A stretch of DNA of 62,760 nucleotides, counting the filler, from Rhabdomonas costata (lineage: Eukaryota), in the NCBI GenBank assembly GCA_019059605.1. It is 50 parts of 50 records of this genome, joined end to end, with 100 filler letters (N's around TTAATTAATTAA, not from the genome) between each part and the next. Parts side by side here need not be neighbours in the genome. Positions count along the whole stretch, not along the records: positions 11,317 to 12,474 come from JAHMHO010025798.1; positions 12,575 to 13,733 come from JAHMHO010025799.1; positions 13,834 to 14,991 come from JAHMHO010025800.1; positions 15,092 to 16,249 come from JAHMHO010025801.1; positions 16,350 to 17,507 come from JAHMHO010025802.1; positions 17,608 to 18,765 come from JAHMHO010025803.1; positions 18,866 to 20,023 come from JAHMHO010025804.1; positions 20,124 to 21,281 come from JAHMHO010025805.1; 42 more parts are not named here. One strand, written 5' to 3'. Both the position numbers and the translations under genes were made by a program. This document shows, piece by piece, positions 11,623 to 23,794 of this stretch (position 1 is the first letter of the stretch; each line of letters begins with the position of its first letter). The notes beneath the pieces were generated by a model. The model was not told the DNA's origin, made no database searches, and saw nothing but the letters and a program-made list of their open reading frames with translations.

Positions 11623-12474
11623 GCGTGCTCGTGGACCACGTTTGACCTGATGCGGCGGAGACTTACCCTGGAGGCCGAGGTGTGCGTGCTGGAGAGCATC
11701 GCGGAGTACCAGCTCAGGCACAACAGCACCCCACCACCTCTCCTGAAGGACCTCTCCCTCGCCGCCCAGCAGACAGCGCTGTGGCACTTCAACTCCGGGG
11801 TGCGCGACCACCTTCCCTTCCTTCACTCCTTCCTCCCTCATGGGTGAGGGGAGGAGTCGGACGGAAAATCCGTTGCTGTGCCGGCATCAGTGGTGACTGT
11901 TATGTCTTTGCGTCTGGTGTCCGTGGTGTCCACGGGTGGTTCGGTTTGTTTTAGCTCTATGAAGCGATAATTTTCTGGTCCGTCCACCCCATGGAGGTCC
12001 TCGGCGGACGCAGGGTGATGTTATATGATGTCAAAGCACCCGGCAAGGGCACAAAAATGTTCTTTCGCAAAGCTCTTCAGCTTTCCTCATTTGCAGCCTT
12101 GCGGGGAATATGAACAAGTGTCCTGAGCGAAGCTGCCTTGCTGACATTCCCGCTAATGTGCAAAGAGATCGATCACTCTCGATTTTTTTTTTACCGTTTC
12201 AGCGGGGCTTAAAGTGCAGCCTCGACGCTAAAAACCCCTGCTGCCCCACTTCTGCAGTTTGTTGAGCATCACATGCCGCTTAAATGAAGGTAAAGTGAGG
12301 TGGGACGTTGCTTCCCCAGAGCCGGCTGTTCGAGATGGAGTTCCAGACTTCAATGCACTTTGACTCGAATGGGGAGCTGATGGCCATCGCGCTACCCATC
12401 CGCACCTACCTGCCCGAGAGCTACACAAACTACGAAACCACGGCGACGATCTACCAAAACACACCAAACCCCAC
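11623..12474 (+). CDS. Two exons (11623-11799, 12320-contig end) of an unknown protein
   Basis: Phase-0 intron GTGCGC...CCCCAG joins ...QQTALWHFNSG to SRLFEMEFQTSMHFDSNGELMAIALPIRTYLP. Strong GC3 bias. Confidence 0.65.
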
Positions 12475-12681
12475 NNNNNNNNNNNNNNNNNNNNNNNNNN
12501 NNNNNNNNNNNNNNNNNNTTAATTAATTAANNNNNNNNNNNNNNNNNNNNNNNNNNNNNNNNNNNNNNNNNNNNGTTGTTTTGGTTATTTCTCCCCTTAA
12601 CCTTCCTCCCTTCATCGCGTCCTTCAACCGACTGACATTTTTCTCCTCATTTCTCTGCTTTCTCGCGTCTTTCGCGGAAAA

Positions 12682-13301
12682 GTCTCCAAAGCCTTCTCCT
12701 GGTGCTGGCGCTGCGGGAGGCCAAAGCCAAATTCAAGGCCGTGGTCGTGGTCAGATGCAGAGCCGCGGCCGAGGGGGTGGGAATGCACCCTCGAGAGGGC
12801 GGGCGAGCCCTGGTGGCATTTCGCCTCCAGGCACTGCTCCTGGGGCGCACGTCAGCCCCAGCTCCGGTGGGGCTGACTCACAGTACAACTGGAGGATCGG
12901 ACATACCAAGAAGGATGGGAAGGTGCATACCCCTCCCCGTGTGTTAAACATTCAATTGCTTTTTCTCAGAGGTTATCGGAAAGTGTGAGAAGGGTGTCTC
13001 AGCGTGGGGTGTCATCAGGGGTGTCATGAAGATTGAGTTGAGCAAAAAAAAAAACCATGCAAAACCGCGTCCTTCCTTTCCTCCAGGGTTCTTCAGAAAA
13101 ATGAATACACGCAGTTCCTGCAGTAATCTGTCATTTTCGGAATTGTTTACATCCCGCCCCTCTCCGCTCCTGCAAATTTTTCATGGCTTCAGGCCAACCA
13201 CATGACCAACGCGAAGCGGAAGCGGGAGCTTTGCAAGCTTCAGGCCGAGGTGGGCTCCTCAGCGGAGTTACTCCGTGCCGTCAATACGCACAAGAAGTTC
13301 A
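12682..13301 (+). CDS. Exons of a protein with an RG/RGG low-complexity region
   Basis: QGRGRGQMQSRGRGGG...WRIGHTKKDGK ends at AAG|GTGCAT. A second exon from about 13193 reads ANHMTNAKRKRELCKLQAE. Boundaries are approximate. Confidence 0.45.
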
Positions 13302-13393
13302 GGTTTGATTCCACGTTGTTGTTTTCCCTGTTCTTTGCCCCTTTCCTCCAAGCCACTTTCCTGTCTCTTGTGCACCACCTGTAGTCCTGGACT

Positions 13394-13430
<37 letters not shown>

Positions 13431-15335
13431 ATGAAGACGCAACAAAAAGAAGGGGCGCACATTCCCGAATTCATGCAAGAATTCTGGCAGCAAGCCGATA
13501 TGGAGAGAACTTCTGGATGAACAGGCTGATCCTGTTATGGGGCAGCGCACTAGCACCCACCCCCGGAGAGAAGAGCCCGCAATCGAGCACAAATGAATCT
13601 AGCGCGAGCGAAGCCGGAAGTTCTCCCCCCGGTACTACAGAAGGTTGGTTTCATGGGCTCAACGGATGCCTCTCCCAGGCAAGGAACGCCCGCAGCCCCA
13701 GACTTGGAAGCCAATATACGTCTCCAAAACCCANNNNNNNNNNNNNNNNNNNNNNNNNNNNNNNNNNNNNNNNNNNNTTAATTAATTAANNNNNNNNNNN
13801 NNNNNNNNNNNNNNNNNNNNNNNNNNNNNNNNNCGCAGACAGCACGCTTCGGCAGTGAGACTGAGGGTGTGTGTGTGTGTGTCTGGTGAATGCTAAGCGA
13901 GTTGGTTAATGTTAATGTCTGCGGGTACTTCGCCGCTTGGTGGTACTGGTGGTACCGTGTGGTGGTCAGAGTGGTGCTGGCACCCTCTTCAACCGAGTTC
14001 AATACTCTACATAGTCTTTGCTTTTTGAGCAACCACTAGCAGTAAAATGTGCGAAATTCTCTGAACCACTGGTATTTTCGGCTAAAAGGACCAACCCATC
14101 CGCCTCTGCAACTTCAGCACAAAAGAACAACCACAGACGCATCGCATTCAGATGGTATATATAAAAACGAAATCTCCCCCCACTCAAAACTTCTGGATGT
14201 CAGAAATGTCTCCTATATTTTTTGAAACGTCCCCCCCCTCTCCGTTTTATGGTGAAACAGGCAATACCTTGTTGTCAGTCCCACAAACACAGAAAGACAG
14301 CAAGCGAGAGAGGGAAGTGGGAACGCACAATAATTCCGGCCTGCAGCGTTTGGTGCCGAGAGATGATCCCATCCAGGGCTCTCTCCAGGCGGTGCGTGAC
14401 CTTCGGGGGCTCCTGCAAAGGTGCATTTTTTAAATTACACTCCTACAGCCCTTCTGACAGCCGTCAATGGAACCATTGGACAACTGAGGAAAGACAACTT
14501 TACGGTGGATCCTCCGAGCCAGCGGGTTTAATGACAACGCCGCTGTGCACTCAACATTCATCGTGAGCACAAGGTGAATTTTACTGTGGGTAAGGTTTGC
14601 GATCTGCTCTTCCTAACAATTTACGGGACATGAGCCTCAAAATAGAGTTGCTCCTTGTCCTAGATCTGCATGAACACAACCGGCCGATGTGCCGGAGAAA
14701 ATGTCAGAAATACGCATCTCGTGCATCTGCCCATCACAGGTAACCGCTTTTCTCGCTGAGCGGGCGGAACGACAGGAGGAATCGTGAATGCGACAGCTGG
14801 GAGTGCTCAAACAATAATCACTAGGAGCCGCGGAAATCTTGCCCATGGTCATTGTATCGGGCTGTGGAGCGCATCGCTCTCCTTTTGGCGTCCCGACGCT
14901 CTCATGTTGTTGTGGGCACTTTTCTGCTTTGCCACCATCATGAAGCCGTCGACAGGACACACCTTGGAGACCTTTTCTCCCGTACGCGGGCNNNNNNNNN
15001 NNNNNNNNNNNNNNNNNNNNNNNNNNNNNNNNNNNTTAATTAATTAANNNNNNNNNNNNNNNNNNNNNNNNNNNNNNNNNNNNNNNNNNNNGGGTTTGTG
15101 GACCTCGCCGCACCCACACATCCGTTTTAAAAATACTGGAAATTGGAAACTTCCGGGAGAGTTCTTGGGGCAGCGCCGTTCCAGCGAAAACGTCCAGTTA
15201 CGCCCGTGAGGTCCGCAAATCTTCCCCGTCACACCCCTCCACAGCTCATCGAGCCATATGGCAAACAAGGCCGCTCGGTCATACACCGGCCGTCAGAGGG
15301 GACACGTAAGGAAAGCCAGGGTTTACGCACAGACC

Positions 15336-15462
15336 AAGGTCGTACAGCCAGACGTCGTTTACCGGAGCAGTTTCCGCGACGCCCCCGAAGACGCACAGGT
15401 ACCGCTGGTTCTCCAGCGCCATCGGCACCATGGAGGCGGAACTCAGCGGGGGCGGACAGTAC
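15336..15462 (-). CDS. Kelch-repeat protein exon
   Basis: PPPLSSASMV...LCVFGGVAETAPVNDVWLYDL is a classic kelch blade (hydrophobic-GG, NDVWxYD). Boundaries are approximate. Confidence 0.8.
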
Positions 15463-17669
15463 CTGTGGTCGCCACAATCCCCAAAGACGACAAATGGCAC
15501 TCCTCCCATTGTCTGCCCTCCAAACCCTATTATATTCTCTGTCCCTTGGCAAAATTCCACAGCTGCGACGCTGAGCAATAACCAGACAACCCCCTGAGAA
15601 TCCTCCTCGAGCTAGCAGTACCATCACCCTGCGTGGGTACTTGCTCAGCAAGACTGACTCTGCCATGTGCTGTACATCAACCTGAACAACTTGAAAGAGA
15701 AAATCTCCACTCAAGTATTCTAGAGCAAAGCGATAATGGATTTAGTTGGAGACGCTCGGTACCTTATGCTTTTCGTGCAAACCTTCACATGAAACCATGG
15801 TGAAAAAAGGAGAACCCGTTCAATCTCCGGCCCCATCGACGATCCAATCAAAACGTATTACCTCGCCCCTGCCACCCCCTCGCCCCTCGCGGAAGCACCT
15901 GATCTTTTGCTTGGCGGCTGCCGTATCAGCTGTGGTAGACGTAGCCGCAGCCTGTGAAAGACGAAAGGTTGGCAGTACATCCTCCACGAATCCGTAATAG
16001 GCAGCACGGCTTAGACAACACTATAGCACCGAAGCATGCGCAACACAGCAGAGCAAAGAATAGCTTAAAATAAACTGAAAAATCTCTTGGTGCGTTTTAG
16101 TGTGTAAATGTGTGCGTCCAGGTATTATAGATGCATGCAAACCCGGCAGACCTCGGCAGTAAGGCAAAGGACTGCCACAGAGGACAAGGGGACAGCAGAT
16201 CGAGCAAGAAAACGAAAATAGCCGGGTTCCGGATCTGACACCCCACACCNNNNNNNNNNNNNNNNNNNNNNNNNNNNNNNNNNNNNNNNNNNNTTAATTA
16301 ATTAANNNNNNNNNNNNNNNNNNNNNNNNNNNNNNNNNNNNNNNNNNNNGTTGGGGTGGGACATAGCAGACCAGATCCACGGCGCATGAGCCGTGGAGCC
16401 CGCACCTATGGAAGTGGGGGAAGGGATCACAAATGCGGAGGAGGAGGAGGAGGGGGGGTAATAACTGGACCACTCTTTTTCATACTTCTGTTGAACTACT
16501 CCCAAAGTCCTCCAGTAAAAAAAGAAAGCTTACCGTTGGTCACCCGGGACGTGATTCCGCGGCATCCCTACACCTACTGATTTGAAGGAGTGCTGAAATA
16601 TCACAGCACCTCACTCCTCTCCACCCCAAGCGTAATGAGACGGGACCACGTAGGACAGACAGTGGTTACTCCGAGCGGATGCTGAAAAGCTTTCTTTGCT
16701 TTTAGTTGTTGACTTCACCCAGAACAGGGAAGGGGCGGTTACTGAGCCTCTTTCTCAGCTTTCACAGAGTTACAACTTTCACACAGTCACGAAAACGACG
16801 AGCAGACCAGCCAGCGCAGGACTCGCCCAGTTTGCGGTCCTTCGGAGCCTTTGCAATGAGCTCTGGCTTGCAGGCGATCGCCTCACTCCACGAGGGGAGC
16901 AGCATCACCCCCACGGCAACATATACAGCCCAGGTCGACCAACGCACAAGAGAGGACGCCATCAAAAGAAAGCACGGAGTCTAGGGAACAAAAAGTTGAT
17001 GAAGACGCCTGCGCGGTTAAAATGTTTAAAATGCTTAACCACACCCAGCCACAAAAACCACCAAAACGCATGGTGCGGTTCAAAAGCTGTCGGCGACCAT
17101 TCAAGCACACAGTCAGTTGAAGAAGTGGGACTGATGCTGGGGCTTCGGACCATCGCGATGATCGTGATGACCTCTTCATCAGTGCCCTTTTCAGTTTCCC
17201 TGGAGTAATAGTAATGTCGGCTGCAGCTGAGGCCAACGTAGAAATGGTGTTTGTACTGCTTTGCAGCCTCATCTCCAGGATGGGCACTTTGACCCGCTCG
17301 AGCACGCTTTACTTTATGTGACCCAAGAACTACAAATTAGGATCCCTGGATCCGTGAGAGGTGGCACACAGCTGGAAAACTCGCCAACCTGACCCCTCCC
17401 CGACAAAAACAACATGAGAACATTCCATTTCTCTCCACGAATCTTTAAAGTAAGTTGTTAGAAGATTCTCTAACCCGAGCCACCGATGCGCAACGACCCA
17501 CAACAACNNNNNNNNNNNNNNNNNNNNNNNNNNNNNNNNNNNNNNNNNNNNTTAATTAATTAANNNNNNNNNNNNNNNNNNNNNNNNNNNNNNNNNNNNN
17601 NNNNNNNTTTGTGGGGGAGCTGAACTGCCTTCCAGCCAAGGTTGCGTCGCGTTTATGACCTTGTCGCAG

Positions 17670-18330
17670 GTTAATTTGTGAGGAGATGGGAGCGGAACGG
17701 GTCCAGGCAAAGCTGCTGACGAATTGTGTGTACCTGCAGGACTCTAGCTATGTGGCGGTGTGCCGCAATGCCCTTAACTCTCAGCTACTCTACTTTTTGT
17801 CGCCTTCCCGACATTCTCAACCCTTTGTGAAAGCCGGCCGTGGCATCGTGCGTTCTGCGTTTCCTATGCTGTGGATTTCTCACCTGTGGTGTTTAAGTAA
17901 AGTTTTCGAGTCCGCCCCAAGCTAGCCCGGAGCTTTGTGTAGGACATCGGGGAGCTGGGATTCGTTGTGGGCACACATTGCGTCATCCCATGTGACGACG
18001 TGCTCGGGTTTTGTGCCTGGAAGGAAGGAAGGAAGGACGGAGACAGTCACCCTGCATCCAGGCCTTCAGCAAGCTGGTGAGCCACTGTTCAACATTTGAC
18101 AAACAGCAAAGCATGTTCAGAGGACGAGAGAGAGGCAATCGGCTCATTACGAAGCGCAACACACACACATGCATCATACGGATCTTCTAAAGGAGGGAAT
18201 TCGGTTCTACGGGACGCCCTGGAACCACTCCTGCCGGATGGCCTTCAGCGCAGACAAGCAGAAAAGGGCACGGAAGTTCGCGCAGATCCCGCCGTGTGAC
18301 GTTCTAGTCACTCACCAGCCTCCCCGTGGG
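17670..18330 (+). CDS. MPPED1/2-family metallophosphoesterase, two exons (17670-17757, 18193-18330)
   Basis: Spliced product VQAKLLTNCVYLQDSSYVA|EGIRFYGTPW...IPPCDVLVTHQPPRG matches the MPPED pattern LLTNxxYLQDS...GxRxYGxPW...IPxxDxLxTHxPPxG. Phase-0 GT-AG intron. Confidence 0.88.
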
Positions 18331-20956
18331 GTCTGCCCACCCTTTGCCCCCGGGTTTTTATGTGGGGTTTTTTGTCTTCCATTGCGAAGATGCTGAAACA
18401 CGTTGTTGCGATCGGTTCTTTCGTTTGCTGGGAACTATAGTACAGCTAGCTGAGCAGATACGACCTACCCTGGGTCTGTTTTGCAGACGCTGATTCGCAA
18501 AGATTTCAAATTTATGGCCTGCTAGGTTAGTAACAGGTTATTAACAGCATGAATCTTGCCGACAACGGGCATAATTACCCGAAGATTTCCTCTGGAAAAA
18601 ACGTAGTCAGTCCCGCAGGTTGGTTTCACGTTGCCCCACACTGCGATATGCCCGTATAATTGTTTTTTCACTTGACGATGGAGCTAGCCGAGTCCAATGA
18701 GTTCCATCTACCATTTACCATCGACCATTTACCACCCGTCGATGCTGCAGACGTGTTCACGTGCANNNNNNNNNNNNNNNNNNNNNNNNNNNNNNNNNNN
18801 NNNNNNNNNTTAATTAATTAANNNNNNNNNNNNNNNNNNNNNNNNNNNNNNNNNNNNNNNNNNNNTTTGTTGTTTAAAGGGGTTACAGTGCCCCCTAGAT
18901 GATTGGTTTAACTCAGCAGCTGAAAACTACTGGTGGCTAAGGACTCGCCAATGGCTGGATATGTTTTATGTTTATTTGTTACCGAAGGAAACTGGTGCGA
19001 AGTGATGATTATCGGTGAAAACTCTGTTGTGGAGCTCACACAGGAAGGTCCTTGAGGTTGCTCATTACCCTTGCCTACTGCATTTGAAGCCATCAACAAG
19101 GCCACTGGTAACCGTTACCACTCCCTCCCAACTTCCATTGCACCGATCTGTGAAAAGCTCGTGGTGATCAAGGGCCGGCGGTGCGACGACCCAAAGCGAG
19201 CTCTCAAAAATAGAGTAAAAAAGAAGCCCCTCTGAAAGAAATACGGCAATTTTGTATAACTGTGTCTTCTTATCAGCCATCCATTTCCTCCTCCAGTGTT
19301 TGGGGAGGCCTGCGGGACATACAAATGTCCCCAGCCCTGCTTCGGCTTAGCCCACTTGTGCATCTGTGTGTCTTTCCCAAATTTCCTTTTGCTCCATCCT
19401 TCTTATCACGAATTTCTCTCGTGCCCGCTTCCATCCTTCTATCTCTCTTTCCTCCCCCTGACCATGCATTTTCGGAACGATCACGACCAGCAAAGACATC
19501 TCGGGGGCCCCACGAGCGTATAGCGAGTGGGGTATGTGGGTGAATGAGTGGACCGCATAGCGGGGAACGAACGAACCACCACATTTAGGGAGTATACGAG
19601 CGTATGCGAGTATACGACCAGCAAGAACCAGGCCCCACGAGCGGGTAGCGAGTGGGGATACAGGACGAGGAGTGCAGCGACGAGGACGTAAAGGTTACAA
19701 AGAGGGAGCATGGCCGGAGCGTAGCGGAGGACATGCGACTACGTGATCAAAAGAAAGAGGAGGAACGTAGCGAACGCAGTGAGCGGAGTGACGACCGACA
19801 AACACAAACAAGGAACATGAACAGGAGGCATGAACGCAGTGAATGCCGAGTGTGAATGTGACCCAGTGAACGTGCCGCCGTCAGGCGGGGAGTGAACCAT
19901 GGCACGTGATCGACAGAAAGCATACACTCACGTAGCATTCGAGGTACGTAGTAGTACGTGATCGATAGAAAGGTGGAGGAGTGGAACCACCGTTAGGTGG
20001 TGGAACGACGGAACCACCCCACANNNNNNNNNNNNNNNNNNNNNNNNNNNNNNNNNNNNNNNNNNNNTTAATTAATTAANNNNNNNNNNNNNNNNNNNNN
20101 NNNNNNNNNNNNNNNNNNNNNNNCAGGCGGGTTTTCACTCGCCGGCGAAGTGTGGAAGAACTTGTTGCTGACTTTTTTCCGCACGGGAAGGGCGCGTGAA
20201 TGTAGTGCGATGACTCTGCCGAAGCGCGAACGATCCCAACTGACTTCAACACGAATCTCCGTGAGTCCTGAGTGTTGTGTCCAAGAGTTGGTAACCCCAA
20301 GGTCTGGAGCCACAGTTTTTTGGAGTCTTCCCAAATACCCCAGCTTTTTTTAGAGACCGCCTTAACGGGCTGCAGCACACATTTTTATGGTGACCGGTGC
20401 CCTTTTCCTCGCTTCTCCATGTTTTTGCGAGGGCTGGAAACCACCTTCTGCTTCCTTCCGCACGACCACTGGAACGTCCAAGAAATCTTGGGGGGCCATG
20501 GCCCGTGCAGTGATGAGAGTCCAAAAACAAGGTCAAGCCCTTATTTTCCGAAGGTTCGAAGGTTTGACGAGAGACCTGGTGAGTTGTCAGCCATTGGTAA
20601 ATTTATACAACTATTCATCGATAGATATGGAAATGCCCCCGACACGTATACACATTTGTATAGCTGCGGAATACCTGTGCAGTTGTGCCAGGTTTTGGGA
20701 CGTTTTTTCTTAGTAGTTTGGGACAAACTTTGCAATGTGTTTTTTTACATCCGTCTCTGTTCGAATTATCTCTCCAGGACGTCTTGTAGTGCTCTCTTTA
20801 GTTCTTTCTGTAGCTTTTCTGGGGCTTCCTTTGGCCTCCTCGTGCTTTTCTTGCGCCGTGTCGCGTCAACACTGCCTCATTTGTTTGTATGTGTCCATGT
20901 CATTCGTGTCCATGGAAAGAACGCTTTAGCGAGAACGCTTTGTAACCTTCGGGTGA

Positions 20957-21174
20957 ATGGCGACCAAGCTCGTTGTGCGGTACTGCTTCGCGTTCCTGCT
21001 GTTGTGCGGATGTGTCCTGCTTCGAGGAGGTTACTTTGTGGGAGCCTTGGCTGGGCTGCCGGGCGGGGGCACCAGCCTTGCGTTCCAAAGCGACAGCTCC
21101 GTGGCATATATCTTGAACTTCACAGCGCTGGCTGGGGCGACGAACTACTCCATGGAGGCCTGGGCCTACTCCAG
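20957..21174 (+). CDS. First exon of a secreted protein with a probable LamG/concanavalin A-like domain
   Basis: Signal peptide MATKLVVRYCFAFLLLCGCVLL, then SLAFQSDSSVAYI...NYSMEAW, resembling a LamG-like domain start. Donor CAG|GTTCGG. Confidence 0.55.
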
Positions 21175-22836
21175 GTTCGGGTTACCGGAAACAGGACGGT
21201 TAACCGGAATAGCAATGACCTCAGACCACAATGAGGAAAAAACGGAGAGGTTCGCGGATGGGACTATTTCGAGCAGAGGTGNNNNNNNNNNNNNNNNNNN
21301 NNNNNNNNNNNNNNNNNNNNNNNNNTTAATTAATTAANNNNNNNNNNNNNNNNNNNNNNNNNNNNNNNNNNNNNNNNNNNNAGCTTATTTTTCTACCGTC
21401 ACTCCGTGTTGTGAGCTGGGAGCAGTCATAAGATGTATGCAAATTATTTTTTACTATTTTGTTTATTTTTATAATTTTATGTTAAGTAATGCAAATAATG
21501 CAACGAACGTCCAGTGGGAAGTGCATCCGGTAACATCATAAGCAAATGGTTGCTTTTTTATCTTTTGTTGTCACCAGTGCCGGTTTAAAGGGCGAGAGGG
21601 CTCTCGCCGTGCACGCTCATTAATTATAGTAAGAAGAGCGGGTACATGGGGTTGGGAAGTTGCCCTTAGAGCCGAATCAGTCGGCTGCGCTCCGTTTAAA
21701 GGAGGGAGGGTCGTCGAAACTCCTCAGGATCCTCGATGGGATCCAGGTCGCCCTTCCGAGGAGGCCTGGGAGGTTGTCTCTCAGTCTACGACTTGGACTG
21801 CTTGAAGAAGTAACCTGGTCCGAACCCGTGGGGCCAAGCGCGTCATGGAACTCCGGGAGTCAGGCTCCGGGGTGACCAGAGGAGTCTCCTGCGTCTCAAC
21901 TGTTGCTATTGCCGCGCCAGAGTCTGCGAAGTTCTGCCGGGGCCGCGGGCTCTGTTGTCGTCTGGTCGGACCACTCGTCTGGTGACGGGCAGTAGGGCGA
22001 ACATCGCAATCGACGATCCCGTCGACTCGACGATCCCATCGACGATCGCGATGCGGGTGTCCCACTTTGGCTTTGGTCGAAAATCAGAACTCAACCCATC
22101 GCTTTTTTGCTTGCATGGCTTGCTAGTGTTGACGTTCATGTGAGTGCGACGCGTTGATTTTTGTGGGCTGCAGGCGGCCACGTGCCAGTTGGCGAGCCCC
22201 TTTCGGTTTGGGTAGTTCGTTGTAAAGTACGTTGTGGGTGCTGTCGTAAACCCTCTGGTGAGTGGGGCAAGAAGCGGCGCAAAAGGGTTCCGCCAAGGGG
22301 CACCGTCACCGGCCGAGGGTGAAAGGTCGGGACTCTCCTGACCCCAAGGACCGGCCACGCAGCGTTTCGGGAGGCCTGCTGCACATACAAAAGACCCCAG
22401 GCCTGCTGCGGCTTAGATCTCTTCTTCTTCTTCTTGCTGTTGAATGTAGAATTATGTAACGCGTTGTGGGACCGATGATTTGTGCGGGTTTGCTTGTTTC
22501 AGTGAAAAAAGTCGCACAAATCATCGGCCCCACAACCNNNNNNNNNNNNNNNNNNNNNNNNNNNNNNNNNNNNNNNNNNNNTTAATTAATTAANNNNNNN
22601 NNNNNNNNNNNNNNNNNNNNNNNNNNNNNNNNNNNNNGGTTTGTGGGGTTAGTAGGGTTTGGACTCCCCCCCCCCCATTAAAAGCATGTCTAACCTTCCC
22701 AAATGATGCTTCGATGTATGTATCTTGCAACCGGCAATATGATGTTCAGGTGGAACTTGGGACGCGTGACTTCACGGCGCGAGTAACTTCACTTCCCATT
22801 GGTTCACACAATGCCGTTTTCTCACTGTTGCCACAG

Positions 22837-23794
22837 GATCTGCGGAAGCTGCTCAGTTCAAGCAGCTTTACCCTGGTGAGTCTTTCCGCGCCTTTTTCTC
22901 GTTTAAGCCCTAAACTTCGTTGAAAGTCATTCATTTGTCTTGGTTTGATTTCATTTTCCTTGCTCAGTTTTTGGAACGCCCATGGTTTACTATCTCAATC
23001 CTGTGGGCGCGGTGCTGAACTGCTTTGCCGGAAAACAGTCTGTGGAGTCTCTTCAAGCCGCTGTGAAGTTTGCCGCTGACCGGAAGTCGTTTCTGGCCTC
23101 GCAGCCAATGCCCTCCCGTTCTGCTGAAGCTGGCCATGCGGCTGTGTCTTCAATGCCAGAGGGGTCTTCCTCGCGTGAAGAAGCCGTCTGCTCAACGGTT
23201 CTGTGTCTTCAGGAGTGTTGCAACTTGGTTGCAGACAAAACTTGGTGTTAACAAGCCCATTCATCCATCCATTTTCGCTTCTCAGTCACCGGAAAACCAT
23301 TCACCCTCCCAGGAAGCTATGACAATCCAGTGCTGTTAGTCGCAATGTTCTTTGTTGTCTTCCAGGAGTCCGACAACAGCGAGCGCGATTCCAGGCCCTC
23401 GGCGTTGGCCACTGTTGTCCCCTCGGAACTATCCCGGCCAGGGGCTGCACGTTCAGCAGACTGCAGGTTTTTTTGTGGTGTATCGTTGTCAGCTAGGAGT
23501 AGAGTTTTATCTGGGCGTTCAGAGCGGGTCGGGTCGGTCCTGGCTAACTTGCATTCTTCTGTTTGCTGTTGAAATTATTGTCGTTTGGTACACTTGCAGC
23601 TTAATTATGATTTCATTTTCCAAAACGCTTTCGATTTGGCTGAGTTGGCTGAGCGCTATTGTTTGGCTTCTTTTCATGTTTTTGTCTCCAGCTTGGGTAC
23701 CTCTAGTCCTTCTGGCGACTGCAACTCTGCAGCAACTCCTGAGGCTGTTGTGCCCGAAGAGAAGGAGGTGGCTATCGTCAAGCCCTTGCTTGCT
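22837..23794 (+). CDS. UBXN4/erasin-like protein, exons 22837-22875, 22968-~23185, 23366-23466, 23692-contig end
   Basis: Spliced SAEAAQFKQLYPVFGTPMVYYLNPVGAVLNCFAG resembles the UBXN4 N-terminal thioredoxin-like domain and is followed by a Ser/Ala/Pro linker. Intron phases are mutually consistent. Confidence 0.7.

Noticed and set aside
17155..17200. ETEKGTDEEVITIIAM as an annexin or DEAH-helicase exon
   Set aside because: Too short, the frame is ambiguous, and no neighbouring exon supports it.
20272..21234. 320-aa ORF
   Set aside because: No recognisable domain, and it overlaps a better signal-peptide exon in another frame.
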